In this document: piece after piece, positions 18,016 through 27,152 of the stretch
How positions within the stretch are numbered: the first letter of the stretch is position 1
Layout: each line of letters begins with the position of its first letter
NCBI RefSeq assembly: GCF_056746865.1
Contig: NZ_CM163382.1
Direction: 5' to 3' (one strand)
Length of the DNA: 64,000 bases
Notes under the pieces: generated by a model
What the model saw: the letters and a program-made list of their open reading frames with translations, nothing else
Databases searched by the model: none
What the model was told of the DNA's origin: nothing
Made by a program: the position numbers and the translations under genes

Positions 18016-21000
18016 CTATTTCATCTGCTCTTCAACTTTATTTAGTAATGGTGATATCGCCCACAGATTCTGAAAAGGTAGCATTTTACGGACAGCGTGG
18101 GTTTGCTGGCTGTCAAATTCTCCGTTAAGTACACCATTTGCAACCGTCGCGGCATCACCGCCAAGATCAAAGGTAGGACCAAGTAAAGCACCAATAGCAT
18201 TACGACTCTGAAACCTTGATACCGGAGGCGCACCAAACATCGCGCCAAGACCAAACCTACCGCCGCTTATGTTCTCAACGGTATTCAGCGGCTCAGAGAG
18301 CCAGCCAAGCATTCCGCCCCGGTCGATCCCCTCTTTCACAAGGTTATTCCAGCTGTAGTCGATATCGCGACCGCTTAACTTCTGTTTCATCATATAGACC
18401 ATTGAGCCAAGCGCAATCGTGCCAAGCGCACCAAGATAGAATGAAGCATCGCCCTGCTGGATACCAGATACCAACACCCTGTTATGCTGTGCGAAGATAA
18501 ACGTTTTGAACTGCGTGATCATCTTCCAGCCTTCTTTACTAAAAAACAGCGGTGTATCACCTACGCCAGGCGTTACAATCACTGAGTCTACATCTTTCAG
18601 CACTGCAGACTGGAAAATCTCTCTAGCGAAACGGTCATCCCACAGATGACTATGCCCGGTTAACAGCCCGTCCATATCCTCTCCGTGCTTCCCGAATTGC
18701 TCCCCGATTCGGCGCAGAACATCTTCATTGATGCCGACCTGTGCCATCTTCCGCATTTCACTTTTGGCGAGCGTGCCACCAGCAGAAACCTGGCGAGCCG
18801 CGTCAAGTATCCTCGACTGCACTATCATCCCGGACCATGATTTAAGTGCGCTGTTCCACTGATTCATCAGCGTCCAGTTACCGAATTTCTGCGTCATCCA
18901 GTTCAGGCCTCGCTCAGCGGCGCTTCTCCGGCTATAGGGGTCAGTAAGATCCGCTATAGCCTTTGTACGCGTAGACAGGACATAATCAAGCCCAACGGCC
19001 ATTTCTCGCAAATCCCTGGTTGCAATTTTCACTGAGTCCATATTTTTAAGCATGCTTACCATTGGTCCGAGAGATTTTCTCAGGCCATGCTGCATCATCG
19101 GTCGCATCAGATCAGTTGCAGCGGAGACGGTCATTCCACCAAGCAAACGGAGGAAGTTAATATTCCTAGCAACTCGCCCGGCACGAACAAAGAAACTGCG
19201 TGGATCTTGAGGTGCGCCGTAAGTACCAAGCAGTCGGTCACGCATAGCCGTAATATCCCTAATATCAGCCTCCCGTTGCTTCTCAAGAGCTGCACGTCGT
19301 TTAGGTGTTTTAGCCTCTTTTATTAGCCGGGTATATTCCTCACTAACCTGACGGATTTGCTCCCCCATATCTTTACGGCCAAACTGCGCAGTCAGCTCAA
19401 TTTCTGGTGCCACCTGCCGGAGATAACTTTCCATGATGTAGTTAACATCTGATTCAAGAAAATCTTCTATACGCTCATCAGGAATAAGCAGCGTTCGGCT
19501 TTTAGTGAAACCAGCCCGACCAACGAGTCTCTCTGGGATAATATCGGCTGGTACAAGCCCGGAAGGTGCGCCTATTATTTTATTCACGATCTCGTCAGCA
19601 GCGTCCTCTGCTTCCTCTCGGGATAGAGGCTCCATCTGCTTCAGTGCTCGCTCGCGGCTTGCATTCAGCCTTGTGGTTGAATTTGCCCGTTTTTGCAGTC
19701 GGCGAAGCTCAGAACGATATTTCCGTGGATTATCCAGCAACTCCATATGGCGCTGATAGACAGGAAGCTCACTCTTTGCCTGCGCTATATCATCAAGGCG
19801 TGTTTTAAGGTCAGAGCTTTCTTTCATCATTCTTGCCTGAAGTTTTTCTGATGAAGTCTCGGCCAACTCTTTTTCTATTCTTGTAAGACGCGCCTGTGTG
19901 TCAGTCTCCTGAGATATAAGCTTATTTCGTTTATCCAGTTCTTCCATGAGTAGAATTTTTTTACCAGACCATTTCTCCGCTTCAGCGATTTCACTAGCGA
20001 GAGCATCAGCGCGCGGTGCCGATTCCTCTGCAGTTTTTAGCAATGAATTTATCCTTTCAATTCGCTGACCTGCTTTGTCAGCACCTTTGGCACTAATCCC
20101 TTGTATCCAGTTGGCAATTCGCCCTCTGAATTCAGTGCGGTCGGAAAGTATCTTATCGAACTTATAAATGCGGGGAAGATAACTTTTCGCCGTCACGACA
20201 TCGATATCCTCAGGAAGGATCCCCAGTTCCTGCATACGGGCTTTTGTGGTCTCGAAAATGGGGCGGATTCTGGCGGCTGCTTGTGAAACCTCAGGAATAT
20301 CACTCTGATCACCACGGCGCATAGCCATGCCAACAGCTTCATTGAAATCAATAAAGCTCATCCTCTTCACGCCGCGGGCGCTGACAGATTTGCTGTACTG
20401 CTGGTAAGCATCACGAGTGGCTTCCATCTGCTTATAAAGCATGGCGTCGTATTGCTTAATCTTAGTCTCGACTGCCGTAAACGTAGCCAACCCCTCATCA
20501 TTTTTGGCGAAGAAATAGTTATTTTCGGCAAGCTGCTGGTTAATCTGACGGGAGACAAGAGATGGTGATTGCGCCAAGCGGCCAGCAGGAGTGACACTCA
20601 ACGTTTTGTTAGCAAGTCCAAGTCCAGCGAGCTGTTCCTGATCGAGTGTGGTATTGAAAACCTGAGCTGCACCAATGCTTTGAGGAGAATCCATACCTCG
20701 CAAATGATTACCTACTGAGTTAACCACTGCCTCGCGCGCGCTAGGTCCAGCAAGTAGCTGTGCACCAGCACCAAGGATCCCACCAACGAGAGCATCAACA
20801 ACAACGTTCGATACGCTCTCCATCGGTGAGCGAGCTTCCTGAGTGGCCTGCAATGCGGCCTCTGAAGCAACACTGCCAGCAGCATTGGCTAAAGCAAAAC
20901 GTCCGGCTGTTTCTGCAATACGACCGCCACGAACGACAGCGCCGAACGGAATAAACATAGAAATCGCATTGAATGGATCTGCTAATCTCATTGCTACAGA

Positions 21001-21405
21001 AGAGACTGTACCAGCAAATCCCAAGCCTGAATTGTATTCCATGTCAGCTCTCTGCTGATCGATTCGATGTTTAATTGCCATTGTTTCTTCAGGCGAACCG
21101 GAGTTGATAAACGAATCTGCAAAATCTTCATAGCCTTTAATATCTGCTGCATCGTTATCAAATGGGTTATATCCTTCAATCCTGTCAAACTGACTGAAAG
21201 GAGCACTGGCAATAAAGCTACCCAGCGTGTTATCTATACGAAATGCTGCTTGTCTAGACCTTTGAACGCGTTGATCACTGGTAAATGGGTTCACAGCAGA
21301 AAGCAAAGAAGGTGTTTCCATATAGAAATTACTGTCATCAGGTGCTGCTATTTGCTGAATATCCTCGCCAAGCAACTCTTTAGGATCCTGTTCATATATC
21401 GGCAT
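18016..21405 (-). CDS. Very large protein of unknown function (1129 aa; second gene of cargo operon)
   Basis: Long uninterrupted ORF; small-residue-rich hydrophobic segments (GAGAQLLAG, GALGTIALGSMVYMM, GLGAMFGAPP), long coiled-coil-like Glu/Lys/Arg/Gln-rich stretches, no P-loop or HExxH motif. Start codon overlaps the stop of the upstream 915 aa gene (TAATG). Confidence 0.75.
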   Translation of the reverse strand: MPIYEQDPKELLGEDIQQIAAPDDSNFYMETPSLLSAVNPFTSDQRVQRSRQAAFRIDNTLGSFIASAPFSQFDRIEGYNPFDNDAADIKGYEDFADSFINSGSPEETMAIKHRIDQQRADMEYNSGLGFAGTVSSVAMRLADPFNAISMFIPFGAVVRGGRIAETAGRFALANAAGSVASEAALQATQEARSPMESVSNVVVDALVGGILGAGAQLLAGPSAREAVVNSVGNHLRGMDSPQSIGAAQVFNTTLDQEQLAGLGLANKTLSVTPAGRLAQSPSLVSRQINQQLAENNYFFAKNDEGLATFTAVETKIKQYDAMLYKQMEATRDAYQQYSKSVSARGVKRMSFIDFNEAVGMAMRRGDQSDIPEVSQAAARIRPIFETTKARMQELGILPEDIDVVTAKSYLPRIYKFDKILSDRTEFRGRIANWIQGISAKGADKAGQRIERINSLLKTAEESAPRADALASEIAEAEKWSGKKILLMEELDKRNKLISQETDTQARLTRIEKELAETSSEKLQARMMKESSDLKTRLDDIAQAKSELPVYQRHMELLDNPRKYRSELRRLQKRANSTTRLNASRERALKQMEPLSREEAEDAADEIVNKIIGAPSGLVPADIIPERLVGRAGFTKSRTLLIPDERIEDFLESDVNYIMESYLRQVAPEIELTAQFGRKDMGEQIRQVSEEYTRLIKEAKTPKRRAALEKQREADIRDITAMRDRLLGTYGAPQDPRSFFVRAGRVARNINFLRLLGGMTVSAATDLMRPMMQHGLRKSLGPMVSMLKNMDSVKIATRDLREMAVGLDYVLSTRTKAIADLTDPYSRRSAAERGLNWMTQKFGNWTLMNQWNSALKSWSGMIVQSRILDAARQVSAGGTLAKSEMRKMAQVGINEDVLRRIGEQFGKHGEDMDGLLTGHSHLWDDRFAREIFQSAVLKDVDSVIVTPGVGDTPLFFSKEGWKMITQFKTFIFAQHNRVLVSGIQQGDASFYLGALGTIALGSMVYMMKQKLSGRDIDYSWNNLVKEGIDRGGMLGWLSEPLNTVENISGGRFGLGAMFGAPPVSRFQSRNAIGALLGPTFDLGGDAATVANGVLNGEFDSQQTHAVRKMLPFQNLWAISPLLNKVEEQMK

Positions 21406-24152
21406 TATTTGCCCCCTGCGTATATATTGCTCGGAAGGTAATTGGCTGAACCATAACCGAATGGTTTGGTCAGATCTGGAGGAGTATATCCATCTTTATT
21501 GCTGAACTGCGGCAGCGGATTGCCTTCTCTCCGCACTCTAGCCTCATCAACACGCTGTTGCTGGAACTGAATGGTTTGCCTGTACATTGGAGATGTCAGC
21601 TGATCCGGCTTGAAACGAACAGGGAGACCATTTTCTCCAATATAATTTCTCGGTTCTATCGCTCCGTTTGCGTCAGGCTGTAAAACCATAACAGCATAAC
21701 TCCTATCCCTTGCCGTAAGGCCATCAGAAACAAGTATTAAGTCCGTATCACTGCGAGGACCGCCAAAGGATTTTGATTTAAGCTCGCGTTTTTCCTGCTC
21801 CCACTGCCCCTGTATCCAGTTACCAGCACCATTATTTACTCCGTACAATGCCTCAGGTGCATACTTCATAACCTCTGCTTTGCCATTAACCGTAGAAACT
21901 CCCCAGGTGGTTCTGATCATGGCATTGGTCATTTTCTCAGCCTGTTCTGCATCGCCACCTGTCTGTACAAAGTTAGCATCGTAAATTGTCTGGTAATCTC
22001 GCTGATAGGCCGCATTTGATTTTCCTGGATCGGTAATATCCGGAGACCACGAACCAAAGGAAGTCAGACTGCTGGCGTTATTTTGTGCAGCAGTTACCCT
22101 CGCCGCGACATATTTTTTGTCTCGCATGGCAGTGGAAAGCATCTGTTTCATTCGGTCATCCTGTTGGAACACCTGACTGTAAGCCATATCAACAGCCTTA
22201 TCCTCCGGCACGCCAGCGCGGGAATAATCGTAAACCTTGCCATAAAATGCCATCGTACTTTTATCAAGTGTTGCCGCTGCCGCCGGATTATTATCGAATA
22301 ACTGACCGTAGAATTTTGCCATCGGGACAACCAGCGCAGGATCTCTTGATGTTGCTCCACTGTTAAGCATTGTTTTAACCTGAGTTGGTATCATGCCGCT
22401 TTTAGTTGTGACGGTGACCAGTGTATTGATGCTCTGCGGATCAGATATGGAAAACGAAGGCGCGATATCCTGCGCGAAATAACGGTCTACCGCTGCCTGA
22501 TTGTTTTTGTCGTTCGGGTCCAGCGGGAAGTTATTTTGCATTGAAGACACGAACCTGTTTCTTCCCTGCTGAATCTCCCACTCCCTATCCATCTCTTTAA
22601 ATTTGGCCTGCATTTTCTCCCAGCGTTGCTGGTTAGCAGCAAATCCAGGAGCATTTGGATCCTGTGGACGTAAACGTTCAAGAATGTCTTGTCGTCCTTC
22701 TGGAGTGAGGTCTTTAGCGGCACCAATGACACCTCCATATTGTATCTGCGCCTGCATATCCTTCCACTTCATAGCGCCAATGCGCGGACCATTGGCCCGG
22801 ATAAAATCGTCCTCAGAAGGTAACTTCTCAGGTTTCAATCCTTCATCAAGGGCTGAATATGCATCTTTAACTACGGTGCTAAGCTGGTCCGCATACTGCT
22901 GGCGGTACTGATTTCTCAGCTCATTAGCCTGCCTCAATGCCTGTATTTGCATTTGAGGGCTCATAGCATCAAATGCCGCATTGCCCGTATAACGCTTAGG
23001 TGAATCAAGGTTAGTTAGACCAAGGGCTGCCGAGATACCAGTTTCAAGCTGTTCGGTGCTATAAGGCATACTGCCATTTTCGTGTTTAATAATCCCAGCA
23101 CATAAAGCAGCTAGTGTCTTTGGGTTAGAGATATCAAGCTGATCATTCTCCCCAACACCAAGCTCACCACACAATGCCCTAATATAAGCATCAGTATTAT
23201 TACCATCACTAGCCGGAGCATAGCGATTAACAATCTCGCTAACGGTGTCATAGCCTTGACGCTGGTAAGACAACATATTTTTACCCAACGCGCGGATTCC
23301 ATGCTCAGGGGTAGCAAACGTTGCAAAACGTCCATCGCTACCGATCTGACCTTCCCACGGGTTAGATTTGCTCGCTTCAATATTACCAGGGTTATTATTA
23401 CGTAAACCACGAGCATCCAATGAATTACCATGTGATATTGCACGACTCACACCATCAAGATCCCCTGGCTCTCCATTAACCTGAAGAAACTCGTTGTATT
23501 TTTGAGCGATATTTCCTATCCATGCTTGCTGCCCCATTTGTTCCTTGAGCTGAGTTTTCTGCTGAACACGCCACTCATCAGGAAGCCCATGCGCATCAGC
23601 GTATTGATCAATAGATTCAAATCGCTGCTTGGCTAAATCGACAAATGCTTGGTTATAGCTATATAGCCCCGCAGACTGAGTGACAGCCAATGCATTTCCT
23701 GACAAATACGTTTGATCTTGGAATTGCTGAAACTGCCCAACTTCATATCGACGTGCCTGATTGTAATAAGACTGCATAGACTGCTGGAGTTGAAAGGATA
23801 ATTTATTCCTTTCCTCACTTTCAGGGATTGAGCCTAATAATGCCTGAGCCCTTTCCTGCATATTTTTCATAACAGCGTCACTCTGACCAAGAGCGTTTTT
23901 ACCCTGTTTAGAAATCAGCCCATTTTCAGGGTTGTTAATCTGGTCATCTGCAAATTGGTTAAATTGCAGTAACGCCTCCTGGGCCATAGCAACATTCGCT
24001 TTCTGCCTGGCTTCACCATATGCCACCGCATACTGATCTGCGACATTCGCCAGCACCTGACCTGCTTGAGGAACATCGAAGGTCTGAAAACCACCGGTTT
24101 GCACACCACGACTTTGCACCTGGCGTCCGGATGTAGTAGGAACAACAAGCAT
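21405..24152 (-). CDS. Very large protein of unknown function (915 aa; first large gene of cargo operon)
   Basis: Long ORF preceded by strong SD (AGGAGGT 6 nt upstream); Gln/Ala-rich helical protein with a central block RNNNPGNIEASKSNPWEGQIGSDGRFATFATPEHGIRALGKNMLSYQ that looks like a conserved domain I cannot assign. Confidence 0.75.
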   Translation of the reverse strand: MLVVPTTSGRQVQSRGVQTGGFQTFDVPQAGQVLANVADQYAVAYGEARQKANVAMAQEALLQFNQFADDQINNPENGLISKQGKNALGQSDAVMKNMQERAQALLGSIPESEERNKLSFQLQQSMQSYYNQARRYEVGQFQQFQDQTYLSGNALAVTQSAGLYSYNQAFVDLAKQRFESIDQYADAHGLPDEWRVQQKTQLKEQMGQQAWIGNIAQKYNEFLQVNGEPGDLDGVSRAISHGNSLDARGLRNNNPGNIEASKSNPWEGQIGSDGRFATFATPEHGIRALGKNMLSYQRQGYDTVSEIVNRYAPASDGNNTDAYIRALCGELGVGENDQLDISNPKTLAALCAGIIKHENGSMPYSTEQLETGISAALGLTNLDSPKRYTGNAAFDAMSPQMQIQALRQANELRNQYRQQYADQLSTVVKDAYSALDEGLKPEKLPSEDDFIRANGPRIGAMKWKDMQAQIQYGGVIGAAKDLTPEGRQDILERLRPQDPNAPGFAANQQRWEKMQAKFKEMDREWEIQQGRNRFVSSMQNNFPLDPNDKNNQAAVDRYFAQDIAPSFSISDPQSINTLVTVTTKSGMIPTQVKTMLNSGATSRDPALVVPMAKFYGQLFDNNPAAAATLDKSTMAFYGKVYDYSRAGVPEDKAVDMAYSQVFQQDDRMKQMLSTAMRDKKYVAARVTAAQNNASSLTSFGSWSPDITDPGKSNAAYQRDYQTIYDANFVQTGGDAEQAEKMTNAMIRTTWGVSTVNGKAEVMKYAPEALYGVNNGAGNWIQGQWEQEKRELKSKSFGGPRSDTDLILVSDGLTARDRSYAVMVLQPDANGAIEPRNYIGENGLPVRFKPDQLTSPMYRQTIQFQQQRVDEARVRREGNPLPQFSNKDGYTPPDLTKPFGYGSANYLPSNIYAGGK

Positions 24153-24248
24153 CAGTAACCTCCTATTTTGAATCGGGAGTCAGAATTCATAAAACCTGAG
24201 TTAGATAACATTGGCGTCCCTCTGCTTTGATGCTGTACCAGCGATTCA

Positions 24249-24455
24249 TTACTCACCCCCCGATGCAAAACCATTCTGATTAAGCCAGGCGTTTACGGCA
24301 TGTCTGACAATCTGCGCCACGCCTGGTAATGGCTGATCAGGGTGATTGTTCACATGGTCGATTCTGTACTGCTTAAGGCGCATCACGGTCTGTGCATCCA
24401 GATGAACGGAACCACCTCTGACATCGCCTGTGTTCAGGTCGTTAATACAATTCAC
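24249..24455 (-). CDS. Small protein (68 aa), possible DNA-binding/leader gene upstream of cargo operon
   Basis: ORF with SD (agagga) upstream and the same strand as the operon; not otherwise supported. Confidence 0.4.
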   Translation of the reverse strand: MNCINDLNTGDVRGGSVHLDAQTVMRLKQYRIDHVNNHPDQPLPGVAQIVRHAVNAWLNQNGFASGGE

Positions 24456-24555
24456 AGCAATTTCCTCTTACTGACTAAACTATGCACATTATTGATCTGA
24501 AAAAGTGGTAGATAAACATATTTCTATCACAAAAACAGATTAATTGATTTCAGCC

Positions 24556-24580
24556 AAAAAAAAGCCGGATTGCTCCGGCT
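24556..24580 (-). terminator. Intrinsic terminator on minus strand (agccggagcaatccggct + T8)
   Basis: Hairpin followed by eight T on the minus strand, placed between the IS200/IS605 element and the cargo operon. Confidence 0.45.
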
Positions 24581-24785
24581 CTGTGCTTACTTCTGGTAGT
24601 TACGCCATACTGATTTCCCGATCCCATCTATCCCCATTTCTTTTTCAGTGCGTTTAAGCGACCGTTTCAGGTCTTCTAAATTATCCGGTTGCTTCGGTGG
24701 CCTCTGTGCCTTCCTGGAACATTCCAGTCGTCGCATTGATATTTGACATCCTCCACGCCCTGAAGGACGTGGATTCCTGCTACGT

Positions 24786-25994
24786 TCAGGCTGTCGCCTG
24801 AATCATTTCGGTGGGTTCCTGCTTCAACGGGCGGCCTGACTGCACCATCCCTCCACAGGCAAGAACGGCGTGCCCCGCCGCTAAAATGTTACGAGCGCCG
24901 TTTACATCGGCGTTCGCTGTATATCCACATACCTGGCATCTGAATTGACTTTGTGACAGGCGATTTTCTTTCGCTGTATGACCACAGCACGCGCAACGCT
25001 GGCTTGTGTACGCTGGCGGAACAGCAAGCACCTGACCGCCACACCAGAGCTGCTTGTACTCAAGCTGACGGCGCATTTCATACCAGCCCTGATCCAGTAT
25101 CGAACGGTTTAAACCTGATTTTGCCCGGACATTGCGCCCCGGCTGGCTGACCGTACCCGAGGCTGACTTTGACATGTTGCTGACCTTCAAATCCTCAATG
25201 ACTATCATTGCGTGGTTTTTGCTGATGGTCGTTGTGACTTTGTGAAGGTAGTCCCTGCGGATATTTGCGATACGGGAATGCAGTCGCTGTATTTTGCGTT
25301 TCTGCTTCTGCCAGTTGTTGCTGAATTTAACCTTGCGGCTTAACTGGCGCTGAAGTCTCGCCAGCTTCTTCTGGTTTTTATGAAAACTGTTTACAGGCTC
25401 AAAGACCGTGCCATCTGACAGCGTGGCGAGTTTAGCCACGCCAGCATCCAGCCCGACCATTAATGCTGAAGGGTGAACCGGAGTTGATACTTCACTTTCT
25501 GTCTGAATACTGATGTACCACTTACCGCAGGACTGGCTGACAGTGACATTTTTCACAACACCCGTGACCTGACGGCTGTTCCGGTAGCGCATCCAGCCCA
25601 GTTTCGGCAGAAAAATACGGCTGTTTTCCTGATCGAGCTTAACACCCTGCGGATAGCGGAATGCATCATGCTGTCCCCGCTTTTTGAATCGGGGAAAAGC
25701 GGCACGCTTCTGAAAGAAATTTTTGTAGGCTCGCTCAAGGTCTTTCAGTGACTGCTGCAATGGCTGTGAGGGAGAATCTTTAAGCCATTGCGTTTCAGTA
25801 GCATTTTTCCATTCAACCAGCCAGGAAGTCATCTTTGCATAAGAAATATATTTGTTCCCGGCCTCATGATTCTCATTCTGAAGCGCCAGAGCACGATTGA
25901 AAACGAAACGACATGCGCCCGCGAAGCGCCTCATTTCACGCTCCTGTTTTCCATTTGGTCTTAACTGGAATTTGAAAGCTTGTAGTCGTTTCAT
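24786..25994 (-). CDS. tnpB: TnpB (OrfB) RNA-guided nuclease-like protein of IS200/IS605 family
   Basis: 402 aa with a C-terminal zinc finger (CACCGH...CQVCGY) and RuvC-III-like motif (DVNGARNI). Confidence 0.85.
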   Translation of the reverse strand: MKRLQAFKFQLRPNGKQEREMRRFAGACRFVFNRALALQNENHEAGNKYISYAKMTSWLVEWKNATETQWLKDSPSQPLQQSLKDLERAYKNFFQKRAAFPRFKKRGQHDAFRYPQGVKLDQENSRIFLPKLGWMRYRNSRQVTGVVKNVTVSQSCGKWYISIQTESEVSTPVHPSALMVGLDAGVAKLATLSDGTVFEPVNSFHKNQKKLARLQRQLSRKVKFSNNWQKQKRKIQRLHSRIANIRRDYLHKVTTTISKNHAMIVIEDLKVSNMSKSASGTVSQPGRNVRAKSGLNRSILDQGWYEMRRQLEYKQLWCGGQVLAVPPAYTSQRCACCGHTAKENRLSQSQFRCQVCGYTANADVNGARNILAAGHAVLACGGMVQSGRPLKQEPTEMIQATA

Positions 25995-26016
25995 ATGCCA
26001 AATTATACTTTGGCCT

Positions 26017-26433
26017 ATGAAAAAAGAAACCGATATCCGACGTGGAAGGCACTGTGTCTTCCTGATGCACGTTCACCTGGTCTTTGTTACCAAGTACCGA
26101 CGCCAGATTTTTGACCATGACGCAATAGAAAAACTACGCACTTACTTTTCAAGTGTATGTGCTGATTTTGAAGCTGAACTGGTTGAAATGGATGGAGAAC
26201 GAGATCACGTTCACCTGCTAATTAACTATCCTCCCAAATTGGCGATATCCACCCTGGTGAACAGTCTCAAGGGCGTATCGAGTAGATTATTGCGACGAGA
26301 TCGACCAGATATTGCAGTCAGGTATTACTACAAAGGCGTTTTATGGAGTCCCAGCTATTTTGCCAGTAGCTGCGGAGGTGCGCCAATATCCATCATCCGC
26401 CAATACATTGAACAACAGCAAACACCTAGTTAG
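26017..26433 (+). CDS. tnpA: IS200/IS605 Y1 (HUH) transposase TnpA
   Basis: Internal start MKKETDIRRG of ORF 25897..26433; HUH motif HVHLVF and the catalytic-Tyr region YYYKGVLWSPSYFASSCGG. Confidence 0.85.
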   Translation: MKKETDIRRGRHCVFLMHVHLVFVTKYRRQIFDHDAIEKLRTYFSSVCADFEAELVEMDGERDHVHLLINYPPKLAISTLVNSLKGVSSRLLRRDRPDIAVRYYYKGVLWSPSYFASSCGGAPISIIRQYIEQQQTPS

Positions 26434-26516
26434 GTGGAAAACCGCGCCTTATATCCCCGACCTGAAGGACGGGGCTTTACGGCGCACTGGGTAATTACTC
26501 TGTTCGCTGTTGTGAA

Positions 26517-26942
26517 TTAAAACGGTATCCCGTCCCCGTACGGATCATCGTGCTGGCCTGTCTGTTGCTTTGCCCTGTTCAGTGCATCAGTAGCCTGCCC
26601 CTGCTGGCCTTTTTTGCCGCCCGGTCGCGCCGTTCGCGCACTGATTACGCTGTCTGCGATAACCTGCCATCCCTGCCTCGTTTCGCCGTTCTGGCCCGTC
26701 CACCAGCTCACCTGCATGTTACCGGCCACGCTCACCAGTTCGCCTTTGTGGTGTTTTGCCAGTGCGTCAGCCTGTCTGCCAAACGCCAGGACGGATAACC
26801 ACATCGTCGCCGTTCCGTCATCTGTCTGATTGCATGGAAGGGGGACCGCCATACTCGCCATCGCCATTTGTGTGCCCTTGCTGGTGGTCTTTAACTGCGG
26901 GTCAGCCACCAGCCGCCCGTAAGCTGATATTTGCGCCGTCAT
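26517..26942 (-). CDS. ssb: Single-stranded DNA-binding protein
   Basis: 141 aa OB-fold-like protein with a Gly/Gln-rich tail ending in the acidic tip DDPYGDGIPF (SSB C-terminal D..IPF signature). Confidence 0.85.
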   Translation of the reverse strand: MTAQISAYGRLVADPQLKTTSKGTQMAMASMAVPLPCNQTDDGTATMWLSVLAFGRQADALAKHHKGELVSVAGNMQVSWWTGQNGETRQGWQVIADSVISARTARPGGKKGQQGQATDALNRAKQQTGQHDDPYGDGIPF

Positions 26943-27002
26943 GCTGTTTGTTCTCCGGTTTTAACGTGATAGTTACGCTTGTTTACACTCTTACAGTGAA
27001 AT

Positions 27003-27130
27003 TTTGCGGGTTACAATCGCACATTTGCGGGTTATAACTGCCGTTTTGCGGGTTACGTGCGGGTTATTAATTTCCTTTTTAATCATTCAGTTAATTAACT
27101 TATGCACAGGATAACCCGCATAACCCGCAA
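27003..27130. repeat. Iteron cluster B (candidate replication origin next to primase gene)
   Basis: Four direct copies (t)gcgggtta at 27003-27067, an AT-rich spacer, then two inverted copies ataacccgca at 27111-27129; same 9-mer as cluster A. Confidence 0.6.
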
Positions 27131-27152
27131 CTTTTTACCTCACACAGGGAAG

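Larger units (their letters stand above)
24745..26480. mobile_element. IS200/IS605-family insertion sequence (divergent tnpA/tnpB)
   Basis: Y1 transposase plus TnpB, bounded by similar subterminal hairpins ccacgccctgaaggacgtgg (24753-24772) and ccccgacctgaaggacgggg (26455-26474). Ends are approximate. Confidence 0.65.
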
